NCBI GenBank assembly: GCA_964532325.1
Contig: CAZHGS010000013.1
Span: 3,396 to 67,395, forward strand
Origin: an uncultured Gemmatimonadaceae bacterium
GTDB lineage: Bacteria; Gemmatimonadota; Gemmatimonadetes; Longimicrobiales; Gaopeijiaceae
Length of the DNA stretch: 64,000 nt
Reading direction: 5' to 3'
Shown here: one piece after another, positions 1 through 8,453 of the stretch
How the letters are laid out: each line of letters opens with the position of its first letter
How positions within the stretch are numbered: position 1 is the stretch's first letter
The notes under the pieces: model-generated
The model's input: only the letters and a program-made list of their open reading frames with translations
Told to the model about the DNA's origin: nothing
Database searches by the model: none
Translations under genes and position numbers: made by a program

Positions 1-384
1 AACGCACGCGTCCACGCGATCCGTGGGCACATGCACCTGCTCGGTGCCTACAACGTGCTCGAGGTCGTCTATCCCGACGGCCGCTACGAGCTGATCAACA
101 AGCTCGATTGGGACCAGCGGTGGCACACGGCGTTCCTGTATGAGGACCATGCGATGCCGCTCCTCCCCAAGGGTACGACGGTCATCATCACCTCCGTGTT
201 CGACAACACCGGGAACAACCTGGCGAACACGGACCCCGATCAGTGGATCACGGGAGGCTCTCGGACGGTGGACGAGATGTTCCGCCTGCGGCTAGGGATG
301 ACCTTCTACACCGATGAGGACTTCGCTCAGCTGGTAGAGGAGAGAGAGGCCCAGGAGCGGATCGCCCGGCGGTCGGACGGCTGA
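1..384 (+). CDS. C-terminal fragment (5' end outside window) of cytochrome-c-fused PHM/DBH-like copper monooxygenase paralog (L0)
   Basis: Frame 1 is open from base 1 (NARVHAIRGHMHLLGAY...). It aligns by eye over its whole length with the C-termini of 1411..2871 and 15310..16692, including HxH (GHMHLLG) and the downstream Met motif (VDEMFRLRLGMTFY). Confidence 0.8.
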   Translation, partial: NARVHAIRGHMHLLGAYNVLEVVYPDGRYELINKLDWDQRWHTAFLYEDHAMPLLPKGTTVIITSVFDNTGNNLANTDPDQWITGGSRTVDEMFRLRLGMTFYTDEDFAQLVEEREAQERIARRSDG

Positions 385-394
385 GAGACGCCAC

Positions 395-1348
395 GTGCTG
401 AGGGTCCCTCATGTCCTGGTCCTGGCGGGGGCACTCGCCCTCGCGGGGACTTCGGCGTGGCCCTCGTCCGCTCTCGGCCAGCTGGTCCCGCGACCCCCGA
501 TCACCCAGCAGGACTGGCAGCTGCGCACGGTCCGCGAGTCGGGCCAGCCGGTGATCCCGATATTCGAGGGATGGTATCCCGAGGAGAACGGGACCTACAG
601 CCTCTGTTTCGGTTTCTTCAGCCTGAACCGGTCGGAGGCGCTGCACATTCCCGTGGGTCCGGACAACTTCATCGAGCCGGCCCGCTTCGACGGAAGCCAG
701 CCCACCCATTTCTCGCCCCTCGGCCCCGACGGGATGACCCGCGAGTACTGCGTGTTCACCGTGAACGTGCCGTCAGACATCGCCGACGAGCGCGTCTGGT
801 GGAACCTGCAGGTCGACGGCCACATCTACCGCGTCCCCGGCCATATCACCGCTCGACCGTGGCGGGTCGACAACCTCGTGAACTCGGTCGCGGCAGCCTC
901 GATGAGCAGCGAGACCGTGGCCCCGGTGGCGGGATCGCTGGTCGCACCGGTCGTTACGCTCGAGGGCGCGTCGGGCCGGGAGGCGAGGGGCAAGTCCGGG
1001 GCCACGGCCGGGCAACTGACGGGCCGGGTCGGAAGCGGACTCCCGATCACGATCTCGGTCGCGTTGCCGGAGGAGGATGAGTTTGGCGACGACCTGGATC
1101 CGGACGAGGAAGGCGTCCTCGTCCGCCAGCTCGTGAAGTGGACGAAGTTCCGCGGCCCGGAGGGTGCGGTGCGTTTCAGCCGGGACGCCGTCGAGTTCGA
1201 GCTGGGTCCCGAGCCCGTCGAACAGACCGTCATCGCCACGTTCCAGGAGCCCGGCAACTACACTCTTCTGGCGCAGGTTCTGAGCGGCAGCTTCAGCAGC
1301 CAGTGCTGTTGGACGAACGCATATGTGAACGTGAAGGTAGAACAGTAG
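395..1348 (+). CDS. Secreted partner protein S1 of the monooxygenase cassette (unknown function)
   Basis: GTG start 11 nt after the L0 stop. Signal peptide (VLVLAGALALAGTSA). Paralog of 2868..3749 with shared blocks SGQPVIPIFEGWY, LCFG(F/Y)FSLN, GPDNxIEPARxDGxQPTxF, YCVF, VPGH and C-terminal QCCW(T/S)N. Confidence 0.75.
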   Translation: MLRVPHVLVLAGALALAGTSAWPSSALGQLVPRPPITQQDWQLRTVRESGQPVIPIFEGWYPEENGTYSLCFGFFSLNRSEALHIPVGPDNFIEPARFDGSQPTHFSPLGPDGMTREYCVFTVNVPSDIADERVWWNLQVDGHIYRVPGHITARPWRVDNLVNSVAAASMSSETVAPVAGSLVAPVVTLEGASGREARGKSGATAGQLTGRVGSGLPITISVALPEEDEFGDDLDPDEEGVLVRQLVKWTKFRGPEGAVRFSRDAVEFELGPEPVEQTVIATFQEPGNYTLLAQVLSGSFSSQCCWTNAYVNVKVEQ

Positions 1349-1410
1349 CCCGCCACGGCGAGGGAACCGAGGCAGTGGCCTCGGATGCCGACAACCATTA
1401 TGGGGAGGCG

Positions 1411-2871
1411 ATGATGGGAACCACGACAAGATCTGGCCACGTAGCGGTGCTTCCCCTTCAGCTGGCCGCACTGGCTCTCGGGAGCCTTCTGGTCCTTCCG
1501 GGGGTGGCCGCCTCCCAGGCGCAACCTGAGGAGGTCACCTTCGCCCGCGATGTCGCCCCGATCCTGCAGGAGAAGTGCGAGACCTGTCATCGGGACGGCT
1601 CGATCGGCCCCATGCCGCTCACGACGTACGACGAGGTCCGTCCGTGGGCGCCGCTCATCAAGGAAAAGGTCGTCAGCCTCGTGATGCCCCCATGGCCGAT
1701 CGACCGCACGATCGGCATCCAGAGGTTCAAGAACGACCGGTCGCTGAGCGACGAGCAGATCCAGACCATTTCGGACTGGGCCGACGCCGGCGCACCGCTT
1801 GGCGACGTGGCTGAGCTTCCGGCGCCACTGGAGTGGCCGGAGTGGTCGGACGTATGGCGCTTCGAGGAGGAGCTGGGCCGGCCCCCGGATCTGGTCGTCT
1901 CATCCCCCGCCTACATGGTGGCGGCCAACAGCGCCGACGACTGGCCCTGGCTTGAATCCCCGATCGAGGGCATCGACGAGCAGCGCTGGATCAAGGCTGC
2001 CGAGTTCCGGCCGGGAACAGCGGACACTTGGAATGTGTTCCACCACGCGAACCCGGGCATCGTCAAGCTCGACGGCACCTCAGACGGATCTCTCCGCCAG
2101 ACCCGGGGCAACGAGGGGACGATCTACGCCGACGACTCGGGCACGCCCCTCGATCCCGGCGACATCGTGCGCTGGAACATGCACATGTACGCTATCGACC
2201 GGGATGTCGACGCAGTCCTCCAGCTCGGATTCTGGCTGTATCCGAAAGATGAGCCGCCCACTTACAGGGCAGACGGCGCAGACGGTTTCAGCTGCAGCCA
2301 GTACACGGGCCACGGATTCGCATCCGACCCCCTGCCGTGGCGCTTCGGCCCGGAGCTGCGAGGAGGACCTCGCGGACTGAGCACCAATCCCCAAATCGTC
2401 CGGCAGGGAGACCTTCTCCTCCCGCCGAACAGCTGGGCAACCTATCGGGGCGTCTACGTGATGGACCGGTCCGCCCGGCTCGAGATCGCGAGAGCCCACC
2501 TGCACCTCCGGGGCCGCTACCAGATCCTCGAGGCCGTCTATCCCGACGGTCGCTGGGAGGTGATCAACAAGTTCCACTTCGACCACGACTGGCAGACCGG
2601 ATTCCTCTACGAGGATGATGCGATGCCTCTCTTCCCGAAGGGCACTGTCCTGATCGTGACGGGGGTCTTCGACAACACGGCCGACAACCCCCACAATCCC
2701 GATCCGGACCAGTGGGTCGTGCGTGGCGACCGGACCGTGGACTCGATGTGCCACTTCCGGATGGGGCTCACGTATTTCGAGAGCGATGAGGAGTTCCAGG
2801 CGGCGGTCGATGAACGCGAAGCGCTGCTTCGCCGCGAGCGGCCCGTGTCGGATGGAGACGGGGGCGAATGA
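1411..2871 (+). CDS. Cytochrome-c-fused PHM/DBH-like copper monooxygenase (L1)
   Basis: ATG at 1411 preceded by GGGGAGG. Signal peptide, then one CxxCH (CETCH). HH (VFHHANP), H (NMHMYAI), HxH (AHLHLRG) and Met (VDSMCHF) are arranged like CuH/CuM ligands of copper type II monooxygenases. The track ORF 1138..2871 has an implausible N-terminal extension overlapping S1. Confidence 0.85.
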   Translation: MMGTTTRSGHVAVLPLQLAALALGSLLVLPGVAASQAQPEEVTFARDVAPILQEKCETCHRDGSIGPMPLTTYDEVRPWAPLIKEKVVSLVMPPWPIDRTIGIQRFKNDRSLSDEQIQTISDWADAGAPLGDVAELPAPLEWPEWSDVWRFEEELGRPPDLVVSSPAYMVAANSADDWPWLESPIEGIDEQRWIKAAEFRPGTADTWNVFHHANPGIVKLDGTSDGSLRQTRGNEGTIYADDSGTPLDPGDIVRWNMHMYAIDRDVDAVLQLGFWLYPKDEPPTYRADGADGFSCSQYTGHGFASDPLPWRFGPELRGGPRGLSTNPQIVRQGDLLLPPNSWATYRGVYVMDRSARLEIARAHLHLRGRYQILEAVYPDGRWEVINKFHFDHDWQTGFLYEDDAMPLFPKGTVLIVTGVFDNTADNPHNPDPDQWVVRGDRTVDSMCHFRMGLTYFESDEEFQAAVDEREALLRRERPVSDGDGGE

Positions 2872-3749
2872 AGCGAGCGCTCCGCCCGCCATTGGCCGGC
2901 GTACTGCTGGGGCTTCTGGCCACGACCGGCCCACTCGCGGCTCAGGCCAACTTCCGCGGTGCCGCCGGGCCGGAGATGGTCCGCAATCTCCGGCCCTCCG
3001 GACAGCCCGTCATCCCCATCTTTGAGGGGTGGTACGAGAATCCGGACGGATCACACGGACTCTGCTTCGGCTATTTCAGCCTGAATCTCGAGGAGGTGCT
3101 CGAGATTCCGCTCGGTCCTGACAACGCGATCGAGCCCGCCCGGTACGACGGGATGCAGCCGACGCAATTCATGCCCGTTCCGAGCCGCGACGAGGGATAC
3201 GACCGCCGCTACTACTGCGTTTTCTCGGTTATCCTTCCACCGGGCTCGGAGGGCGACCGCGTGGTCTGGACACTCCGGCTCGGAGACGAAAGCTACTCGG
3301 TCCCGGGGCACGTGCAGTCGCCCGACTACCGGATCGAGGAGCCCGACCAGCCGGGAAGGAACAGCGTGTCCCCTCTCATTCGGTTCCTGGAACCGGCGGG
3401 TCCGGAGGGCAGAGGCCGCGGGACCGTCCTCGTCGCCGGACCGGTGAGAGCGCGGATCGGCGAGGCGCTGCCGATCCGCATTGCCGTCGTCGAACCGGGG
3501 GGTGACAATCCGCACTCGGGCTTCCAGAACGTGCTCGCGCTCTGGGCAAAACACCAAGGGCCCGGCAACGTGGCATTCGGTCCCGGAAGGCAAACGCCCG
3601 CCGCCGGGGGCATCGAAACGGAAACCACGGCGCACTTCACGGAGGCTGGCGACTACCTCCTCCGGATTCAGGCCTACGAGGGCTCCCGTCCCTGGGGAGC
3701 CCAGTGTTGCTGGAGCAACGGATACCTACGGGTCACCGTCGACCCGTAG
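2868..3749 (+). CDS. Secreted partner protein S2 of the monooxygenase cassette (paralog of S1)
   Basis: ATGA start/stop overlap with L1. Signal peptide (LLGLLATTGPLAAQA). Same conserved blocks as S1 and ends AQCCWSNGYLRVTVDP. Confidence 0.8.
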   Translation: MKRALRPPLAGVLLGLLATTGPLAAQANFRGAAGPEMVRNLRPSGQPVIPIFEGWYENPDGSHGLCFGYFSLNLEEVLEIPLGPDNAIEPARYDGMQPTQFMPVPSRDEGYDRRYYCVFSVILPPGSEGDRVVWTLRLGDESYSVPGHVQSPDYRIEEPDQPGRNSVSPLIRFLEPAGPEGRGRGTVLVAGPVRARIGEALPIRIAVVEPGGDNPHSGFQNVLALWAKHQGPGNVAFGPGRQTPAAGGIETETTAHFTEAGDYLLRIQAYEGSRPWGAQCCWSNGYLRVTVDP

Positions 3750-3796
3750 AAAAAGACCGCGTCCCGCTGGCGCATGGCAGCGCCGGCGGGACGCGG
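3750..3796 (-). terminator. Intrinsic terminator hairpin in the convergent gap (U-tract on the minus-strand transcript)
   Basis: CCGCGTCCCGC (3757-3767) pairs with GCGGGACGCGG (3786-3796), extended by inner GGCGC/GCGCC. A5 at 3750-3754 reads as U5 after the hairpin for the minus-strand phosphatase operon. Confidence 0.7.
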
Positions 3797-3819
3797 AAGT
3801 TCGACCCGGGCCGGTCTCC

Positions 3820-5043
3820 TCAGACCTCCCATGTGAAGTTCCGGGTGAGATCGATGCTTAGGCGGTAGGCTCCGATGTCCACGCTCCGGCCATAACAGAG
3901 AATCGGAACCGAAGTTTCGTACCGCGACCCGTGCGAGCGGATCGCGACCTCATCCTCGGTCCGGTCCAGATCCCCGAAGACGACGTGTCTCTCGCCAAGT
4001 AGGAAGATGTCGCCGATCCGGCTTTCGTACAGCCGGAATTCTTCCGCCGCCGCCTGCCTCCGGTAGACCTCCTCCACCCCACGAAGCCCGCCCAGAAGCT
4101 CGAAGGCCCGCTCCACGTCAGACTCATCGGCCAGATACACATAGCAGGCGCCACCCAAGTTGCCGTGGTGCACGATGTAACGATCCCGGATGATGGGCAC
4201 AGCCTCGCCCCGGATCCCGTGCTCGGCGATCACCCTCCCGATGTCGATCGCCTCGGTCTTCGCGGACATCCCGTGATCCGCTGTTACGTACACTTCGATA
4301 CCGGGGTGGTCGTTCAGGATACGACCCAGGTGCTCGTCCAGCGTTTGGAGGTGTTGCTGGGACCGTTCGTCCGACGGCGGATACGTGTGCATCATGTAGT
4401 CCGTCGTGGCGAGATAGACGAGCTGGCAGTCTGCCTCCCCGAGAAAGTGCCGCGCAGCCCGGAGGGACCAGTAGTTGATGTCGGGCGAGTAGACATCCTG
4501 GGCGGGCCCGACGGTGGCCGCCATTCCAGAATCCGGGCTCTCGGCGGCGACCGCAAAGTCCGCGCCCCGTGCAAGGAACATGAGCTTGGCCTTAGACGTC
4601 ACAAATGCCGTACGGACCCCTAGGCTCCGTGCCCGCTCGAAGAGAGTGGGCCGGAGCAAGTACTCCGCCGACTCCATGAACGTCCCTTCCCCCGTCCTGC
4701 GGTCGTAGTAGTAATTGCCCGTGATGCCGTGCCGATCCGGGAAGGATCCCGTCAGGATCGACGCATTGTTCACGTTCGTGAGCGACGGCATGATCCCCGT
4801 CCCTTCCACGTACGCCCCCGACCCGATCATCGCCTTGAGATTCGGCATGTCGCTCTCCGCCAGGTAGTCCGGGCCGAACCCGTCGAGACAGGCGAAAAGC
4901 ACCTTGCGCTCCTGCGGCCACCGTTCGGGGCGCTGCAGGGCAGCAAGGGAGGTGAGGGATCCGGACCCCGCGGCGAGCAGCGAGCCGGCTGACGCGGCGA
5001 GAAACTCGCGGCGGCCAACGGCGTGATCGGCAAAACGGCTCAT
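3820..5043 (-). CDS. TAT-signal alkaline-phosphatase-superfamily enzyme, phosphonoacetate hydrolase/NPP-like
   Basis: Twin-arginine motif GRREFLAASAG. Blocks LDGFGPDY and MPSLTNVNNASILTGSFPDRHGITGNYYYD resemble the Thr-nucleophile region of PhnA/NPP-type enzymes. Start chosen at ATG 5043 (alternatives 5061, TTG 5091). Confidence 0.75.
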   Translation of the reverse strand: MSRFADHAVGRREFLAASAGSLLAAGSGSLTSLAALQRPERWPQERKVLFACLDGFGPDYLAESDMPNLKAMIGSGAYVEGTGIMPSLTNVNNASILTGSFPDRHGITGNYYYDRRTGEGTFMESAEYLLRPTLFERARSLGVRTAFVTSKAKLMFLARGADFAVAAESPDSGMAATVGPAQDVYSPDINYWSLRAARHFLGEADCQLVYLATTDYMMHTYPPSDERSQQHLQTLDEHLGRILNDHPGIEVYVTADHGMSAKTEAIDIGRVIAEHGIRGEAVPIIRDRYIVHHGNLGGACYVYLADESDVERAFELLGGLRGVEEVYRRQAAAEEFRLYESRIGDIFLLGERHVVFGDLDRTEDEVAIRSHGSRYETSVPILCYGRSVDIGAYRLSIDLTRNFTWEV

Positions 5044-5091
5044 GTGACTCCGCCTCCCCATGCGTGTGTGTGTCGTGACGAGCCCGGCCAA

Positions 5092-6465
5092 TTATGCCAG
5101 TTCGGACGCCGTGATCGTCACCCCGTACAGCTCACGCCCCCCGGCATTCTGGAAGCGGGCATCGAGCACGGGCTCAGCCCCGCCCGTGTCAACGGTCAGG
5201 AGAAGGAACGCGTGCGGCTCCCCCGAATCATGGATCAGTGCCGGGTGGGGAGCGTTCGCCTCCTCGATCACGCTCGCGTGGATCGGCGATGTGATCAGCT
5301 CGGTGAGCGCATAGCCCGCCAGATCCGATGTCGGGTGGCGAAGTACCCGCGTGCGGTGGACGTCCCCGCCTACGAGGACGACGCCGGTGATCCCCTCATC
5401 GCCGATAAACCGGAAGAGGGCTTCCCGCTCTTCCGGATAGCTGCCCCAGTGATCCTGCTTGCCGGGCCGCACAGCCCCGTTCCAGATGAGTCCCGAGGCG
5501 AGGAACTTGAAAGGCGCGGTCGACGACCGCAGGCCGTCGCGGAGCCACTCCCACTGTCCCGAACCGAGGAGTGTGCGTCCGGCCGCGATTGGAGAAGGGC
5601 CGGATCCCGCGAAGTAGCGCGTATCGAGCAGGAATACCTCTGCCCCTCCCAAGCGGAAGCGTGTGTACACGCCCTCCGTGCCGTCCCCGTAGGAAGGGTT
5701 CGCGTGGAACTCGACGAACGCCCGGCGGGAATTCTCCTTGCCGGCCAGACTCCCGTCGGTGTCGTTGGCTCCGAAGTCGTGGTCGTCCCACGTCGCGTAC
5801 AGGGGACGGTTGCGAAGGAGGGACGCGAAGTCGGGAACAGCCGCGAACTCCCTGTAGCGGGTTCTCTGCACTGCCAAGTCGGTGGAGTCGATGTAGGGAG
5901 TGTCCCCGAGGAGTACCAAGGCGTCAGGATCGAGCGAAGCGATCCGGCGCCATACCGAAGCGGAGCCCTCGCCCTCGCGCGCGCATGATCCGATCGCGAT
6001 GCGGACCTCCCCGGGCATGTCGGGTGGAGCCGGCGTCGCGAAGAACGCACCTTCGGCCGTGAAGAGCGTGCGCTGCCCCTGGACGATCTCGTAACGGTAT
6101 CGCGCCTCCGGCTGGAGCCCGGCCAGCTCCCACACGACGGCCCCGTCGGTGCCGGCGTCCGCCACGACTCCCGCGGAGTGCTCTCCTCCGGGTCCGCGGG
6201 CAACCAGCCGGTATTCTCCCGGCTCGCTGAACCGCGCCCAGATCCTCACGGCGGACGGGGTCACATGGCCGATGAACGGGCCGTGCGCCAGCGGACCCTG
6301 ATGTGCGCGACCCGCCACCGGCTGGCCTGCGGCTTCAAGTGGAGCCGGCCGCCCCCGGAGGCGATCCGCGAGACGGTGTACCGCTGCCGCAGCGCCCCCC
6401 GCAAGCGCCCGGACGAGAAAGCCTCTCCGCGTCGATCCCAAACCCATGGTACCAGAGTGGCGCAT
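5092..6465 (-). CDS. phoD: PhoD-like alkaline phosphatase/phosphodiesterase with TAT signal
   Basis: TRRGFLVRALAGGAAAA TAT motif. PhoD_N-like GPFIGHVTPSAVRIWARF. Metallophosphatase blocks LLGDTPYID and WDDHDFGANDTDG. Confidence 0.75.
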   Translation of the reverse strand: MRHSGTMGLGSTRRGFLVRALAGGAAAAVHRLADRLRGRPAPLEAAGQPVAGRAHQGPLAHGPFIGHVTPSAVRIWARFSEPGEYRLVARGPGGEHSAGVVADAGTDGAVVWELAGLQPEARYRYEIVQGQRTLFTAEGAFFATPAPPDMPGEVRIAIGSCAREGEGSASVWRRIASLDPDALVLLGDTPYIDSTDLAVQRTRYREFAAVPDFASLLRNRPLYATWDDHDFGANDTDGSLAGKENSRRAFVEFHANPSYGDGTEGVYTRFRLGGAEVFLLDTRYFAGSGPSPIAAGRTLLGSGQWEWLRDGLRSSTAPFKFLASGLIWNGAVRPGKQDHWGSYPEEREALFRFIGDEGITGVVLVGGDVHRTRVLRHPTSDLAGYALTELITSPIHASVIEEANAPHPALIHDSGEPHAFLLLTVDTGGAEPVLDARFQNAGGRELYGVTITASELA

Positions 6466-6568
6466 GGGACACGCCGGGACAACCCGTCCGGTCGGCCCGT
6501 TGGTGGATGGTTATCCGGCGCCAGGTACTCCATCCCCTTGGGCAGCCGCTTCGGGCCCGGACCGCGGA

Positions 6569-7570
6569 CTACCAACGGACAAGCGCGCTCCCCCATGTGA
6601 ACCCGCTTCCGAACGCCACGAGCCCGAGGAGATCGCCGCGGTGGAGTCGCGCCGAATGGACACATTCGTCCAGAGCGATCGGAATCGTCGCGGCCGTCGT
6701 GTTGCCGTAGCGCTGTACGTTGTTGTACACCCGCTCCTCGTCGAGCCCCAGCTGGTGCGCGACCGCCTCGTTGATCCGGAGATTCGCTTGGTGCGCCACG
6801 AGCAGGTCGATATCGCCGGGGCCGAGACACTCCGCGTCGAGAAGGGCGCGAAGCGCCTCCGGCATCAGCTTCACGGCGTGCCTGAAGACCTCCCGACCGG
6901 CCATCCGCGGGTAGTGTTTCCCCTCGTCAAGGTGTGTCCGGGTCAGCCAGGGCGAGTCCCGCATCCCGACGCCCTCCACCCAGAGGAGCTCGGCGAACCG
7001 TCCGTCGGCGAAGAGATTCACGCCCATGATACCCCGCGAATCATCCTCGGTCGGTCCGAGGATTGCCGCTCCGGCCCCGTCTCCGAAGAGAACACCGACA
7101 TTCCGTCCCTCAGGGCGGTCGTACTCGAGCGCGAGCGAGTGTACCTCGGCACCCACGAGGAGGACACGCCGGTACTGGCCCGTCCGGATCCACCCGTCCG
7201 CTATGGAAAGGCCGTAGAGGAATCCCGAGCACTGGTTCCTGACATCCAGCGCGGGAATTCCCGGGACGCCGAGCTTGCGCTGCAGGAAGACGCCGCCGCC
7301 GGGGAAGTAATGCTCGGGACTCAGCGTGGCGTAGATGATGCAATCGAGCGCCGACGCAGGCATGCCGGCGCTGTCGAGCGCCTTTCTCGTCGCTTCCAGG
7401 GCCAAGTCGGATCCCGTCTCTCCCCGGGGCTCCACCCAACGACGTGTCTCGATGCCGCTCCGCGCCCGGATCCACGCATCCGACGTATCCCAGTACTCGG
7501 CCAGCTCCTCGTTCGCCACGACCCTCTCCGGGACGTGATGACCCGTGGCAATGAACTCCGTTCTCGGCAT
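6569..7570 (-). CDS. fabH: 3-oxoacyl-ACP synthase III
   Basis: ITGTGxxVPerVVxNeEL-type N-terminus, active-site CSGFLYGL, VAHQANLRINEAV, GNTTAATIPIALDE, AFGSGFTWGSALVRW. Confidence 0.9.
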   Translation of the reverse strand: MPRTEFIATGHHVPERVVANEELAEYWDTSDAWIRARSGIETRRWVEPRGETGSDLALEATRKALDSAGMPASALDCIIYATLSPEHYFPGGGVFLQRKLGVPGIPALDVRNQCSGFLYGLSIADGWIRTGQYRRVLLVGAEVHSLALEYDRPEGRNVGVLFGDGAGAAILGPTEDDSRGIMGVNLFADGRFAELLWVEGVGMRDSPWLTRTHLDEGKHYPRMAGREVFRHAVKLMPEALRALLDAECLGPGDIDLLVAHQANLRINEAVAHQLGLDEERVYNNVQRYGNTTAATIPIALDECVHSARLHRGDLLGLVAFGSGFTWGSALVRW

Positions 7571-7751
7571 CGGCGACTCAATTCTCCCGGCCCGTGGCGG
7601 ATGTCCTCAAAACGGTATCGCGTTCGGGACGCCCGGGGGTCGGCGCGCTTCTCGCACACGCCGCGCCGGGAGCACAGATTGGTGCCCGGCTGATTCCGGC
7701 GTTCTACAATCTCTCTGGCGCCGTCCCGTTCACGCGCTCTGACTGGTAGAC

Positions 7752-8333
7752 ATGACCAACCTTCACGTCATTCTCACCCTGCTCAACTTTCTTCTCCTCA
7801 TACCGGGCGTGACGCTTCCGATCTACGGAGTCGCGATCGCCACCCGGGTCGAAGCGGCGATCCTGGCAAGTCCGGTCGAGGTGACGGTCTTCGAGCAGAC
7901 GCGCTCGATTCTCGGCACGGTCCGCGAGCTGTGGAATTCCTCCGACCACCTGGTGTCCTTCCTGATCCTCCTATTCAGCATCATCGTTCCCGTCGCGAAG
8001 GCATGCGCCCTCCTGATCTCGCTCCGCGTGGAACGCCCGGATCTCAGGAACAGACTGACCAAAGTGGTCGACGTGATCGGGAAGTGGTCGATGGCCGATG
8101 TCTTCGTCGTCGCCGTCTTCCTCGCCTTCCTCGCCACACGTGACCAGGCGCAGACGACCGCGCTGAGCGTTCCCTTCTTCCTCCAACAGATCGACGTCGG
8201 GATGGAGACCCGGCTCACTTCGACGCTGGGCTCTGGGTTCTACTGCTTCCTGGGGTACTGCATCCTCTCGATCCTGTGGACACAGCTCCTCCGCCACGGG
8301 GGCGGGGACGCAGGGACCGGCGCGCGGAGCTAA
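7752..8333 (+). CDS. PqiA (paraquat-inducible protein A) family membrane protein, single-repeat form
   Basis: Four hydrophobic segments. PVAKACALL and GKWSMADVFVVAVFLAF resemble PqiA family blocks. Confidence 0.6.
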   Translation: MTNLHVILTLLNFLLLIPGVTLPIYGVAIATRVEAAILASPVEVTVFEQTRSILGTVRELWNSSDHLVSFLILLFSIIVPVAKACALLISLRVERPDLRNRLTKVVDVIGKWSMADVFVVAVFLAFLATRDQAQTTALSVPFFLQQIDVGMETRLTSTLGSGFYCFLGYCILSILWTQLLRHGGGDAGTGARS

Positions 8334-8350
8334 GCCCGGCCCCGGACGGC

Positions 8351-8374
8351 GGCGGCCCGGACAACCGGGCCGCC
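8351..8374. terminator. GC-rich hairpin in convergent intergenic gap
   Basis: GGCGGCCCGG (8351-8360), loop ACAA, CCGGGCCGCC (8365-8374). Lies between the 3' ends of 7752..8333(+) and 8454..10613(-). No U-tract. Confidence 0.5.
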
Positions 8375-8453
8375 GGCGAAACGGTGGACCGACCGCGGAG
8401 CGGATCCCAGGACCGCCCAGGCCCCGGAAGCAATTCGCGCCGGATATCCGGGT

